Part shown: positions 38,461-50,669 of the stretch, piece by piece | How positions within the stretch are numbered: position 1 is the first letter of the stretch | How the letters are laid out: each line of letters begins with the position of its first letter | Assembly: GCF_030144855.1 (NCBI RefSeq) | Contig: NC_082719.1 | Coordinates: 67,208,001 to 67,272,000 of the forward strand | DNA length: 64,000 nucleotides | Direction of reading: 5' to 3' | Origin: Hypanus sabinus | Lineage: Eukaryota | Translations under genes and position numbers: made by a program | The notes under the pieces: generated by a model | Told to the model about the DNA's origin: nothing | What the model saw: only the letters and a program-made list of their open reading frames with translations | Databases searched by the model: none

Positions 38461-38635
38461 AAATAAATTTATGGAAAGCTCATTCAAGTGAAACACTCTG
38501 AACTCTTTCTCAGAACCTGGAGAAAATACTGTGTGGCACATTGAGGAGGGAGGAAGGGTTGAGAACCAAGGTTCAGTTAACTCAGTGAAAGAGGTTGAGG
38601 TATGGTGATGGAAAGAGTACCGACTGTTCACAGAT
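38461..38635 (-). pseudogene. Exon (175 nt, open)
   Basis: Acceptor gttcttgttaccaccgttcccag|, donor region gtgtgagt. Translates SVNSRYSFHHHTSTSFTELTEPWFSTLPPSSMCHTVFSPGSEKEFRVFHLNELSINLF. Start phase matches the previous exon, although the junction codon reads TAA. Confidence 0.55.
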
Positions 38636-38909
38636 CTGGGAACGGTGGTAACAAGAACACTCAAAGTAAATGCTCTTCAACAAATTTATAACTGATTCTT
38701 GGCAGAGCTATGGATTACAATTGCACCAAAGATTGTGATATTAGAGTCATGGAGTACAGAGCTCTACAGCATAGTAACAAGTCCTTTGGCCCAGCTAGTC
38801 CATGCTGAAATGTTTTTGTGCCTACTCCCATCTACCTGCACCGAGACCATAGCCGTCCATCCCACTCTCATCCATACACCTATCCAATCTTCTCTTAAAT
38901 GTTGGAATT

Positions 38910-40745
38910 GATCCTGCCCTCTGGTCCTTACCACTCTACAAGCCTCCATATTGATTACATTATTCTCCATAGTTTCCACCATCTACAACATCCTACCTTT
39001 AAACACATCTTTCTCTCCTCTGACTCTCTGCTTTCTGTGAGGATCACTCTCTTATTTACTTGTCCCTCCCCACTAATCTCCCTAATGACACTTATCCCAA
39101 CTTGCAGGACAAGTAGCCCCTTCTGCCCTATACCACCCTTCAGGGTCCCAAAGAGTCCTTCGAGGTAAGACGACACTTTAACTACGAGTCCTTTAGGGCT
39201 GCCTATTGTACCCATGTTCCTCTAATCACTGAGAACCAACATAGTTCGGGGTACTGATTTATCAAGCATCTTTGCTCCAACCACCACCAAAGGCAAGATT
39301 TCCTGGTGACCTCATATTTGAATTTGACTTCCCATTTCTATTCTGGCATGTCAGTCCTTGGCCACTTCTACTGCTGCACTCAAGTCAAAGAAGCGACACG
39401 CTCACATTCCATCTGCGTAGTCTCCAACCTGATGGCATGAACATCTATTTATTTAACTTTCTGGAATTTCTTTGCTCCCCCCACTTCTCTCCTTTTCCAC
39501 TCAGCCTTTTGGCTCCTCGTTAACTCTTCTCCTTACCTGCCTCTGGTGCCCCTCATCCATTCTCCACTCCCACTGTCCTTTCCTATCAGCTTCCTTCTTC
39601 TTCAGCACTTTTCCTTTAACACCTATCACCTTCCAGCTTCTCACTTCACGAGATGCTATCTCTTTGGCTCTTCACACAACCTTGGACAGCAAAGTTGCAT
39701 ACATCAGGATGCTCTTTATCAATTACAGTTCAGTATTTAACATTATCATCATTTTACACCTATCACTGTGTGACTAAGTACAGCTCCAACACCATTTACA
39801 CATTTGCTGATGACACCACTGCTGTGGGCCGTATCAAAGGTGACAGCAGACAAGAGGGAGACTGAAAATTTGGCTAAGTGGTGTAATAACAACAGCCTCT
39901 CATTCACTGTCAATAAAAACAAAGAACTGATTGTAGACTTCAAGAGAGGGAAACTAGGGGATCAGACGTGGAGAGGGTCCATGACTTTAAATTCCTGGGT
40001 GTCACTATCTCAGAAGACCAGTCCAATGCCTTTGAGTGGAAAATCCTACAAAAGGTAATAGATTCAGCCCAGTACATCATGGGTAAAACCCTCCCAGCCA
40101 TTGAACACATCTACCTGAAACGTTGCCATAGAAAAGCAACATCCATTATCAAAGATCCTCACCACCTAGGCCATGCTCTTTTTATCGTTGCTTCCATCAA
40201 GTAGAAGGTACAAGAGCCTCAGGACTTGCACCACCAGGTTCAAGAACAGTTACTACCCCTCAACCATCAGGCTCTTGAACAAAGGAGGATAACTATACTC
40301 ATTTAAGGATTCTATTATCCTGTTATTTCATGCTCATTATTTATTGTTGTTTATTTATTTCTGCACTCGTATAGATTGTTGTCCATTGATCCTGTTTACA
40401 GTTACTGTTCTATACATTTGCTAAGTATGCCAGCAGAAAAAGGATCTCAGGGTTGTATGTGGTGACTTGTATGTACTCTGATAATAAATTTTGTGTTGAC
40501 TTTGACTTTGCCTTCACCCCCTTCTCAACCCACTTGATATCATCTGTCATCTGCCAGCTTATACCCCTTGCTTTACCTTACCTTCTTACTCTGGCTTCTA
40601 CCCCTTCCATTCCAGTTCCAATGAAGGACCTCTGCCCAAAATGTCAACTTTATTCCTTTTAGCTGCTGCCTGACTAGCTGAGTTCCCCCAGCTCTTTGTG
40701 TATGTTCCTCCATATTTCCAGCATATGCAGAACCTCCTATGTTTA
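38910..40745 (+). mobile_element. Degenerate PLE with a nested, internally deleted Rex1 copy (~39650-40510)
   Basis: LRSLQPDGMN; DAISLALHT..RMLFINYSSVFN; TFADDT; PLE terminus at ~40590-40745. Confidence 0.75.
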
Positions 40746-41800
40746 TGACAAGTTAAGGATCTTCCTTTTTTGTCTCGAATGCTGCTATCATAAGCAAATC
40801 TTGAACTGTTTAAAAGTGAAATATTGAATAAATATGTTGAGCTGAAGGGGACAGTGAGGTAAAGGCCATGGAACATCGTCAAGCTTACTGAAAGAAACAA
40901 AGCTTTTTATTTCACTGGATTCCTGAAAGTGCTTGTGTGTTGGTGGCCTGAAGATTGATATGTAGGCCACGTCCAAAGTTGGAAATAATACTAATACTTT
41001 TAAGTTGAGAAGTTCAAAAGACTGAAAATGTTGGAAATAGTCAACAGGTCAGGAGTGGTGGGAAAGGGACAGATAGTTTATCTCTGATAGGTGGGATGAA
41101 TGGGATATTTCAGGTAGGCTGAGACAGAGCTGCTTTGGCAATAAGCAAGAGATAAAGCCATCTGATCAATGGGTTAAGGAGGAAAAATTGAGAGTGTGTA
41201 ATCAAACAAAGGAAAAGCAGTGAAAAGGAGATATGTAGGAAAAGCCAAGCAATCACGTTGTATTAGTGGAGAAAGAAAAATGAGATAACACTACAGAAAG
41301 ATAATCTATTGAAGAACTAGCCAGTTTTTCTCTAATCACTAACACTTCCTGATCAACTAATGTGCTCTCTCTCTCTCTCTCTCTATCTGTTCTGATGCAG
41401 GGCATTTAACTTGAAATAGCCTATCTTTCTCTTTTCACAGATATTGTACAATCTGATGATTTTTTCAATATTTTCTGTTTTTACCTTAAACTCGAGTGAG
41501 TTGACTTATCACAAATAATTAAATTCATGAATCCTTAATTAAATTCCAGCCATCGCTGTGCTCTCAGATGATTTGCAGCTTAAACCTAGTGACTTTAATG
41601 AAAATAGGCATACTTCAGCCTTTCAGAAACAATGATCGTGTGGCCAGATTATGAAAAAGCAAGGTAGGGAAAAATAAGTTCCAGCTTTTTCCCTCCCAGC
41701 TGTTCTTCTTGCTTCAAATCTTCAAAAATGGACTCTTCCACAGATCCAGCGAGTTCAGAATCAGAAGCATTTTGGAATGCACAAATTATTCATGACTTAC

Positions 41801-42002
41801 TAATTAAGAAAATACCCCAGAATGGCATACAAGGAAACCCCTCCGCCCTGTTTAGTTTTCCTCAGCCAGAAAGAGTATGCTGGGAAGTACTCTCCAGTAC
41901 TGAAGTTGCTTGCTTCTACTTGTCAGCTTATATTGTGCTTTCCGTTTGGATAATGATCACTGGAAGCTCAGTTCAGAAGTCATGTAAACTTCGTGCCATT
42001 TA
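41801..42002 (-). pseudogene. Exon with three in-frame TGA stops
   Basis: Acceptor ccctcttttcaaaacag|, donor |gtaagt. Phase-compatible with the previous exon (G|TA = Val). Translates NGTKFT*LLN*ASSDHYPNGKHNIS*QVEASNFSTGEYFPAYSFWLRKTKQGGGVSLYAILGYFLN. Confidence 0.65.
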
Positions 42003-42418
42003 CTGTTTTGAAAAGAGGGCATAAAACACAGCAATATTATGCAGCAGGTGTGACCGGATAGACAACATGTTCATGCTTGCATTGTTCACCAAATCCTTTA
42101 CAACAAATCTGCATTTCCTTTCACCCAACAATTAGCCAGAGCGATGACTGAGAGGGGATCTTAAACAGATTGCGCCAATGACTTTTTTAGTTGTTTTGAT
42201 AAACCTTACATTTGCGAAAGGAAAAGGGTGTTCCTTTGCAGTCACTTCCACTCAGAACATTTCAGAACAATTGAATCCAGCTATAAGCTCCTGGAAGGCA
42301 GTTGTAGAACCTTGAAGTACAGCTGAGGGAAACTTGAAAACTTTCCAGGAGTGAAATCAAAAGGATTATGGCTTAATTCAATGCATTTAGTACAATAATG
42401 AGCAATGTGAATCCATAC

Positions 42419-42651
42419 CTGTAAAATCATCCCTTGCCAAGTGTAAACCTCTCACTTCTCCATCATATACAAGAATGTCAACATTTTCTGCTTCTGTTGG
42501 CAATTTCTTAATGTATACTTTTCTCTGAGTCTTCACTGCTCCTTCAGTGACACTCCTCAACTGGTTTGGTTAATAAACCAAGCTGACCCTAGTTCCTCTC
42601 TGGACTTCTTCAAACATTCCTTTGCATGTTCTGTATGTACAGGAGTGATAG
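42419..42651 (-). pseudogene. Exon with a 5-bp tandem-duplication frameshift
   Basis: Acceptor cccttttag|, donor acag|gtatgg; 233 nt. Removing one copy of the plus-strand TGGTT-TGGTT (42562-42571) gives a fully open 228-nt phase 1-1 exon: ITPVHTEHAKECLKKSREELGSAWFINQLRSVTEGAVKTQRKVYIKKLPTEAENVDILVYDGEVRGLHLARDDFT. Confidence 0.65.
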
Positions 42652-42799
42652 CTAAAAGGGTAAATACCCTCTTGTTATGAATCATACTAACAATAATGTT
42701 AAGGACAAATGAGGGATGAAGACCTGCAACACAAATTAAAGGAGGGAAGTAGCAGATGAAGAAGTAAAAAGTTGTTTATGGGTTTTGGATATATTTCTC

Positions 42800-44420
42800 T
42801 CTGCCTTGCTACAGCAGCCAACATAATCAAACAAAGACCTCACCCATCTGGGGCATCCTGTCCTCTCTCTCCCTCCAAAATTCTGAAAGCATGTATCACC
42901 AAGTTCAAGAACAGTTTCTATTTCACTGTTATACAGTAAACTATTGAACTGTCCCCTAGTACAATAATATGGACCTTTGACCATACAATCTATCTCATCA
43001 TTACCTAGCACCTTATTGTCTACCTGCATTGCACTTTCTGTAACTAAACACCTTATTCTGCATTCTGTTATTGCTTTCCTTTTTATTACATCAATGTAAG
43101 GATGTAATGAAATGATCTGTGTGGGCGGCCTGCAAAACAAAAACTTCACTGTATATCGGGGGTCCACAGACCCCTTGCTTAATGGTAGTGGTCCATGGCA
43201 TGAGGAAGGCTGGGAATCCGTGCTGTACACTGATAAATGTACATTTGAGATAGAACAAGGTAAAACAAAAACAATGCAGAATAAAGTTAACAGTTACAGA
43301 GAAAGTGCAGGTAGTGAATGCAGACCAATCCGTCACAGGCAAAGGTCTCCCTACCATTGAGCATATTGATGTGGAGCATTGCCACAAGAAAGTCAGGGAA
43401 CCCCACTGTCCGAGCCATGCATTCTTCTAGCTAGTACCATCAGGCAGGAGATCAGGAGCCTTAGGCCCCACGTCACCAGGTTTAGGAACAGTTATTACCA
43501 CACAACAATCAATATGTAAGTGGGTTGTTGGGCTGTATCTCTAAATAACATAAATGTATAAATCAAACGTGCATCTTCTGCTTTTGATGCCAGCTAGTTC
43601 TACACTCGCACCACCCACCAAGACATTCCCCCTCAGGCTTCCCTTAAATATTTCACCTTTCACCCATAATCTGTGACCTCTATTTCTAGTCTCACTCATC
43701 CTCAGTGGATAAAGCGTGTTTATATTTACGCTATCTCATTATTTTGTATACTTGTATCTAATCTCTCCTCATTCACCTATGTTCCAGGGAGTAAAGTCCT
43801 AACCTAATCAAACTTTCCCTATGACTCTATATTCTTGATATCTTTCCTTTAGGTAGATGACCAGAACGACACACAATACTCCAAATTGGTACAATGGTGG
43901 TGTGGCAGTTACAGCTCAGGGTGTCCTGGAGTTCAGAGTTCATTTCCAGCTCTGTTCTGTAAGGAGTCTTTGTACGTCCTCCCCGTGGAATGTGTGTGTT
44001 TGCCCTGGGTACTCTGCTTTCCTCTCCCATTGTACGTTATCCCATGATGGGTTTAGGGTGAATCAGGGTTGTGGGGTTACTGGGGTGACGCAACTCAAAG
44101 GGACAGAAGGGCCTACTTTGTGCTGTATCGCTAAATAAAACTAAAATAAAATAAATCTGGCCCCATCAATGTCTTATATAACTTCAACATAACATCAGGA
44201 CTGCTTTACTCAGTAATTTAATTCATGTAGGCCAATGTGCCAAAAGCTCTCTTTATCCACGGTACCTGTGATGTCACTTCCAAGATGTATTGATCTGTAT
44301 CCCCAGATCCCTCTGTTCCACTGCACTCTTCAATGCCTTACTGTGTAAGTCCTTTCCTGGTTTGTCTTCCTAAAGTTTAACACTTCACACTAGTTTTCAC
44401 TATAATCAATCGGCCATTCT
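42800..44420. mobile_element. Cluster of Rex1 3' fragments and a minus-strand CR1 with a nested plus-strand SINE (~43890-44155)
   Basis: Shared motifs with other copies in the window; CR1 sequence continues on both sides of the SINE. Confidence 0.6.
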
Positions 44421-47239
44421 TATTGGTGTAATATGTATTTGAGCTAAAACTAGGTGTTCCTTCCCACTGAATGCAAGTTATAAGCCATGCCTTGGAAAAT
44501 CAAAGACTAGATGAAACATCTGTAAGTCTTAAATGCATTGGAAGGAAAGTCTTCAACCATTAAAACTTCCTAAAGTATGAATTTTATCAGCTGATGGCTT
44601 ACCAGTCCAAAAATGTAGAAAAAACTCTAAATATCAAGAACCAAATATCTGCAGAACTCAGAGTTGCATGTTAAATTACTTCAACATTATATATTGCAAT
44701 CATTTATTGTTTCAACAAAACTCCCCTCCCCTAAAATCAAAACTATAAAAGATAATGGATTTTGCAGTACCTTTTGAGATCACTTTTTGCATTTTAAGTT
44801 ATTGGGAATTTACATAAATGTAAACATGGTGTGGTTCAAGACTTTCCCTAGGACAAGCTAAATGACATTGACAGGCACAGGGTGGAAAAGGATCCACCCT
44901 AATCAGAGGGAAGAAAGGACATTCTTGCTGATAAATCATAAAACCTCTGGCCAATTGGCTCATTGTTAAACAGAAGAGGCCACGCAGGGCAGGAAACAGG
45001 TGTCACTGGTGACGTTTGCGAAGCTTGGCCAAGTGGGCCATCATCCTATCAAAGGTGAAAAGTAAAACACATGCTCTGAAACGCTGACAGCAATCTTGAG
45101 AAGTGTTTCCTTTTTGGGAACTCTTAATGCTTTTAAACACACCCTGTCCTTCATCAATTTTTGTGTGAGGACTGATCCCTTGAGCACGAAGTTAATCGCT
45201 TGATGGGTTTCCTTAAGCAAAATGTGTCTGCTTTAAAATTATAAAAAGTAATCGTGCAGGAAGGCATTATTTTGCAATATATTAAACTAGCAATGTTTTG
45301 TAAATACTACATTGAAATAATCTTTCTTAATCAAGTTATTTAAATAACATAGTCACAGAAACAATCAATGGAAAGAGACAACATGATGTATGCATTTGGA
45401 AGGATCGGGAATTTCAATCGTGATAGACTGACAAATAACTTGAAAATAAATATTTTTAAATGTCAGTTGCAAATCAGCACATTTTACAAAGAATAGGATG
45501 GTGAATAGAGTTTTTGCTGTAAATGGATGATCCCTCTTTCCCTAATACACTGAGGAATATTTGTCAATGTTCTTACCAGCACATTTTGGACAAAGGCTAT
45601 TACATGGATATTTAAATATTTGTTAATTGTCAATATAACAGCTATTAGCTAAAGTATTCAAATATGCATCAATTGTATATTAGAAGTCATTTACATTTTA
45701 TTAAATATATTTTAATATTTTATCCAGAAAAGTGTCACCTTCTGAACAAGTTTCTTCTCAATCAAATAACTCTTCCATGTACGTAGATGTTAGAAACTAA
45801 AGTTCAATCCATTTCATGGATGAAAACAAACCTGGGCTTATCTGAACCCTGGGTTCCATATTCAGGTAAAAATATCTTTTGAGCTCTTGGAACAATCCCA
45901 TCAACTCCCATCCCCTTGCTTTTCTCCCTGCACCCTATTTTCTCAAACACATACATTGACACCCCACAGCAGATTCCCCTACTCTGCACCCACTCAGGGA
46001 TTTTTCAGATGTGCCAATTAAGCAATGAGCGTATCTTTGGGATGTGGGAGTAAGCACTCCTATAGGTTCACAGGGAAAACATGCAATCATTACACACACA
46101 TAGTACCAAATGTGAGGACTGGAGCGATAAGGAAGCAGTTTTTACATAATACACCACCGTTTCTTTTCTTCATTGTACTGTATATGAACTTTTTCTGAAG
46201 GCAAGTTAGCATTACCTAGGCCAAAAACACAGTGGGAACCTCAACCAAACATCAGACCTCCTATTAAGATAGGTAATATAAGTAAATACCTGACTTCAAT
46301 TCACATACAATCTCTAATTGTTAGTTATATTTTATCTACTCTAGAATTGAAGCATGCCTAGCTCCTCACTGCCATCTATGGAGCCTAGTTAACATTCAGA
46401 AGGAAGCCAGCCTCTTAGCCAAGAATACCCAGTTACTCTCCAACATGAATCTGGTCAAAGTTGCAGCTCACAATATTGTAGTTAAAACTAAGTTTCCTTG
46501 CAAATTCATCTTGTAAAATCAGAAGAAACCTGGATAATGAAGTTCAGTTTAGTGGAATTTGAGGTTGCTGCTGAGGACAGAGATGAGGTAGGGGATCTGT
46601 ACTTGGGTAGGTGGGTGATATTTCCTGCCTCCATCAATACTGGACATCTGTGTGTTCTCACTGAAGGACTCACCCCAGCACTCTTTTGAATGCCCCACTC
46701 TGTCTTTGAGTAGTCATAAACAAGGGTTTGACCAAGGCCTCAAGAGCATCCATGAATCATGTTGTCTATCCACCTAATAATATCTTGCTATATCGTATAG
46801 AGGCAGCAGTAGAGCTGTATAGAGCCCTGCCTCTATTGAGCTATTTCAATACCATGGCCTTGTGATCAGAGCCAATTGATCATGATTAGGGCTTCTGTGC
46901 CAAGGATGTTGGTTGGGAGAGGAGGCTAGTTTTGGTTTGCTTATGCTGCCAGTGAATTTAGTAGTTTTTAATCAGGTAGTGCGGTATCTCTCCAGTACTT
47001 TGGTAGTCACTGATCTGAAGTGTCCAGTAGGGCAGTGTTCACTGCTGTCTTGCAGACCATAAGTTTTGTCCATGTTAGAGATCTTGATCTTCAGACACAC
47101 TTTGTGGGAATGCTATGCTGGCATTAGAATGTGTGGTGACACTTGTGGACTGCCCCTAGCTCACCCTTGGGTGTGTAGGTTGTTAAGCAATCACCACATT
47201 TCACTATATGTTTCAATATGCATGTAATAAGTTGAATTA

Positions 47240-48415
47240 AATTGACTTTATTTTTTACATCCTGCATATACATGAGGAGTAAAAATCTTTACGTTACGTC
47301 TCTGTCTAAATGTGCAATGTGCAAATTATAGTAATTTATAATAAATATTGTGTACAACAGGATAGTCAGAATAACATAGAAATATAGTTGTGTCAGCATG
47401 AGTTAATCAGTCTGATGGCCTGGTGGAAGATGCCTGTTGGTCCTGGCTTTTATGCGGTGGTACCATTTTCTGGATGGTAACAGCTGGAACAGTTTGTGAC
47501 TCGGGTCCCCAATGATCCTTCGGGCCCTTCTTGACACATCTGTCTTTGTAAATGTCCTGAATCATGGGAAGTTCACAACTACAGATGCGCTGGACTGCCT
47601 GCACCACTCTCTGCAGAGTCCTGCAATTAAGGGAGGTACAGTTCCCATACCAGGCAGTGAGGCAGCCAGTCAGAATGCTCTCAATTGTGCCCCTGTAGAA
47701 AGTTCTTAGGATTTGAAGGCCCACACCAAACTTCCTTAACTGCCTGAGGTGAAAGGGGCGCCGTTGTGCCTTTTCCACCACATAGCCAGTATGTACAGAC
47801 TACGTGAGATCCTCGGTGATGTGTATGCCGAGGAACTCATAGCTGTTCACCCTCTCAACCCCAGATCTATTGACGTCAATAGGGGTTAGCCTGTCTCCAT
47901 TCCTCCTGTAATCCACATCCAGCTCCTTTGTTTTTGCGACATTGAGGGTGAGGCTGTTTTCTTGAAGCCACTGTGTCAGGGTGATAACTTCCTCTCTGTA
48001 GGCCTCCTCATTATTATTTGAGATTAGGCCAATCAGTGTAGTGTTGTCAGCAAATTTAATTAGCAGATTTGAGCTGTGGGTGGCGACAGTCATGGGGGTA
48101 AAGAAAGTAAAGGAGGGGACTTAGTACACAGCCCTGAGGGGCTCCTATGTTGAGAGTCAGTAGGGTGGAGATGAGGGAGCCCATTTTTACCACTTGCTGG
48201 CGATCTGACAGGAAGTCCAGGATCCAGCTATAGAAGGTAGGGTGAAGGCCGAGGTCTCTGACCTTCTTGTCGAGTCTGGAGGGAATTATGGTGTTGGATG
48301 CTGAACTGTAGTCCAGGAACAGCATTCTCACATAAGCATCCCACTTCTCAAGGTGTGTAAGGATGGTGTGTAGAGCTGTAGCTATTGCTTCATCTCTCGA
48401 TTGGTTGTATTGTTA
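47240..48415 (-). mobile_element. Rex1/Babar-type LINE RT fragment
   Basis: [29 protein letters not shown]; IKFADNT..LTLNVAKTKEL; FYRGTIESILTGCLTAWYG. Confidence 0.9.
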
Positions 48416-48645
48416 GAATAAGCCTGAATCTCTGAAATGAATTTTAGCTCTAATCAAAGTCTGAGTGGAATTCTATTAGCAATGTCTGCCTTTGCTGAGC
48501 AGTGGCTCCCCCATTGTGAGACGTGGCCTATATCTTGTTGAACACCTTGATTGTTAGAAGATTTTTGTTTGATAGAAGATCTAATTTTTTTGGAAGGCCT
48601 ATTGTCTTGTATACTATAATGAAAGAATCAACAGTACCTTAGTTC

Positions 48646-48796
48646 NNNNNNNNNNNNNNNNNNNNNNNNNNNNNNNNNNNNNNNNNNNNNNNNNNNNNNN
48701 NNNNNNNNNNNNNNNNNNNNNNNNNNNNNNNNNNNNNNNNNNNNNNNNNNNNNNNNNNNNNNNNNNNNNNNNNNNNNNNNNNNNNNNNNNNNNNNN
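48646..48796. other. Assembly gap (N run)
   Basis: Run of N bases. Confidence 1.
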
Positions 48797-50151
48797 CACT
48801 GCAGCCCAAAGACTGAAGAGCTACGGAACCACAAATGCAAGGTGTGTTTGGATTAGAGGGTAGGAAAAGCATTGGAGGACCAGCAACTCCATGACGTGCA
48901 GATTTTTCATCACTGTCCAGACATCCACAGCCATTGGGCTTACCACACTAGACACAACAATGAAGAAAAACATCAAGAATAGTAAGGCAGTCTGCACCCA
49001 TTAAAGGGAATACTCCAAATAGTCCCTAAGAATAGTTCTGTCCAAATTTACTACATTGAGTTTCATTTTCTTGCAGATATTTACAGGAAAGAAGTACAAT
49101 AGAATTTTATGAAAACTATACATAAACAAAGACTGAAGAGCAACCAGTGTACAAAAGAAGACAAACAGCGCAAATCAAAGTAATATCAAGAACATGATTT
49201 GTAAAGAGTCCTTTAAAGTGTCCTTGACACAAAAGGCCCTGATTCTATCTCACAGCATTTCATCTCGTCCAGCCTTCCAATCACTGCAGAGCAGAAAGAA
49301 GTCAAAATGGCCACATGGGAACTGAAAATCAACAAGATATTAGGCATGACTACATGCAAATTGGCTGCCATTTCCTCACATTATAGTACTGAGTATATTT
49401 CAGAAATAATTCATGGGCTGTGATGTGCTTTGAAACATCCTGAGTTATGAAAGATGCAGAACTATATTTCTTTCCTGAAAAATGCTAAATGTAAGTAAGT
49501 CAGTCTACTGAGCAAATGAATTATTCAGTATTCACAGCCTTTGAGAGAAGCATTTCCCATAAGGATATTAACCATCTTTGCTCCAGTATTGTATATTATT
49601 CCTTAAGGTTATTTGAATCGATTTGACTTTATAAACTCCATATGTAAAAGTTATTTCCTTCCATTCTTTGTGTGATAAAATAGGCAATTAATGCAGAGAC
49701 ATGACATTGAATATAAATACATTCTCCTCCTGAAAGTCACAGCAGATGTTGTGATAGTTTCTGAATTTCTATAAACTTGGTCTGTGATTTTTTTTCAGGT
49801 TAGTAAAACCCTATAAGTAAAACGATGCTGAATGATGCCATATAGTCTGGTATGTGTGTTCAACTCTGTGTCAAATACTAACCCCATTTCCTGGAATGTT
49901 TCTGTTAGAAGGATTTATACAATTTTCTTAATGATTTTTCTGACCATTACTATTAAACTAATTGTAATGTTTGTATTCCATTGGAATTGATTGTAACATT
50001 TGAGGATGCTGATAAGGCTGCAGAGAATAAATTCCATTGACTGGAAATAAATTCAGTCTTTGTCAGATGTTTTATCTTATCTTCAATGGATATTTAATAT
50101 AAAAAAGCCAATTTTACTCATTCCAAGACATTAAGATGATTTTCAGCATAC

Positions 50152-50447
50152 TTTGTAGCAGAATTTCTCAAACAGTATGTGTCCTGGTTATCCCAAACCT
50201 GCAGCAGGAATTTTAGAGGGAAGGTGGATTGGATAAAACCGGGAAAATGCAAAACCCCTCATTCATAATCTAGGGTGATGCTTCGTTATCGTGAAAACTT
50301 CCAAAAATCAGATGCTCAGTCAAACTCTTGTTAGCCACAAGAGCAGTTTTATTTGACCAGCCCAAGGTTATCTGTTTTTTCATGGAACAAATTTCTATTA
50401 GATCATCAGAAGTTATTCCTTGACAGGTTGAAGTTTTTAAATGCCAG
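50152..50447 (-). pseudogene. Exon remnant (start of GAIN-B-like region)
   Basis: Acceptor ttcttaacattcctaacag|. 58 open codons (WHLKTSTCQGITSDDLIEICSMKKQITLGWSNKTALVANKSLTEHLIFGSFHDNEASP*), then in a shifted frame FSRFYPIHLPSKIPAAGLG*PGHILFEKFCYK|gtatgc. Confidence 0.55.
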
Positions 50448-50669
50448 CTGTTAGGAATGTTAAGAAGATTTCTTCGAATGCTTTATTCAATGGCTAGATA
50501 AAATTAAATTAAATGAAGTATCTGCATGTCAACAGATTTGTGTTGAACACCAGCTCCCAGTTGTTACATATCATCAAAGCTGTCAGATGCTTTTCTATTT
50601 TTTAGAACTTGTGTAATACTCACTGTAGAAACAAACACATATTTAGAATAGAAAAAGTGATCACAATCC

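Noticed and set aside
41801-42002. Selenocysteine or readthrough recoding of the three TGA codons
   Set aside because: Neighbouring exons have TAA/TAG stops and frameshifts, and no SECIS is evident; neutral decay is simpler.
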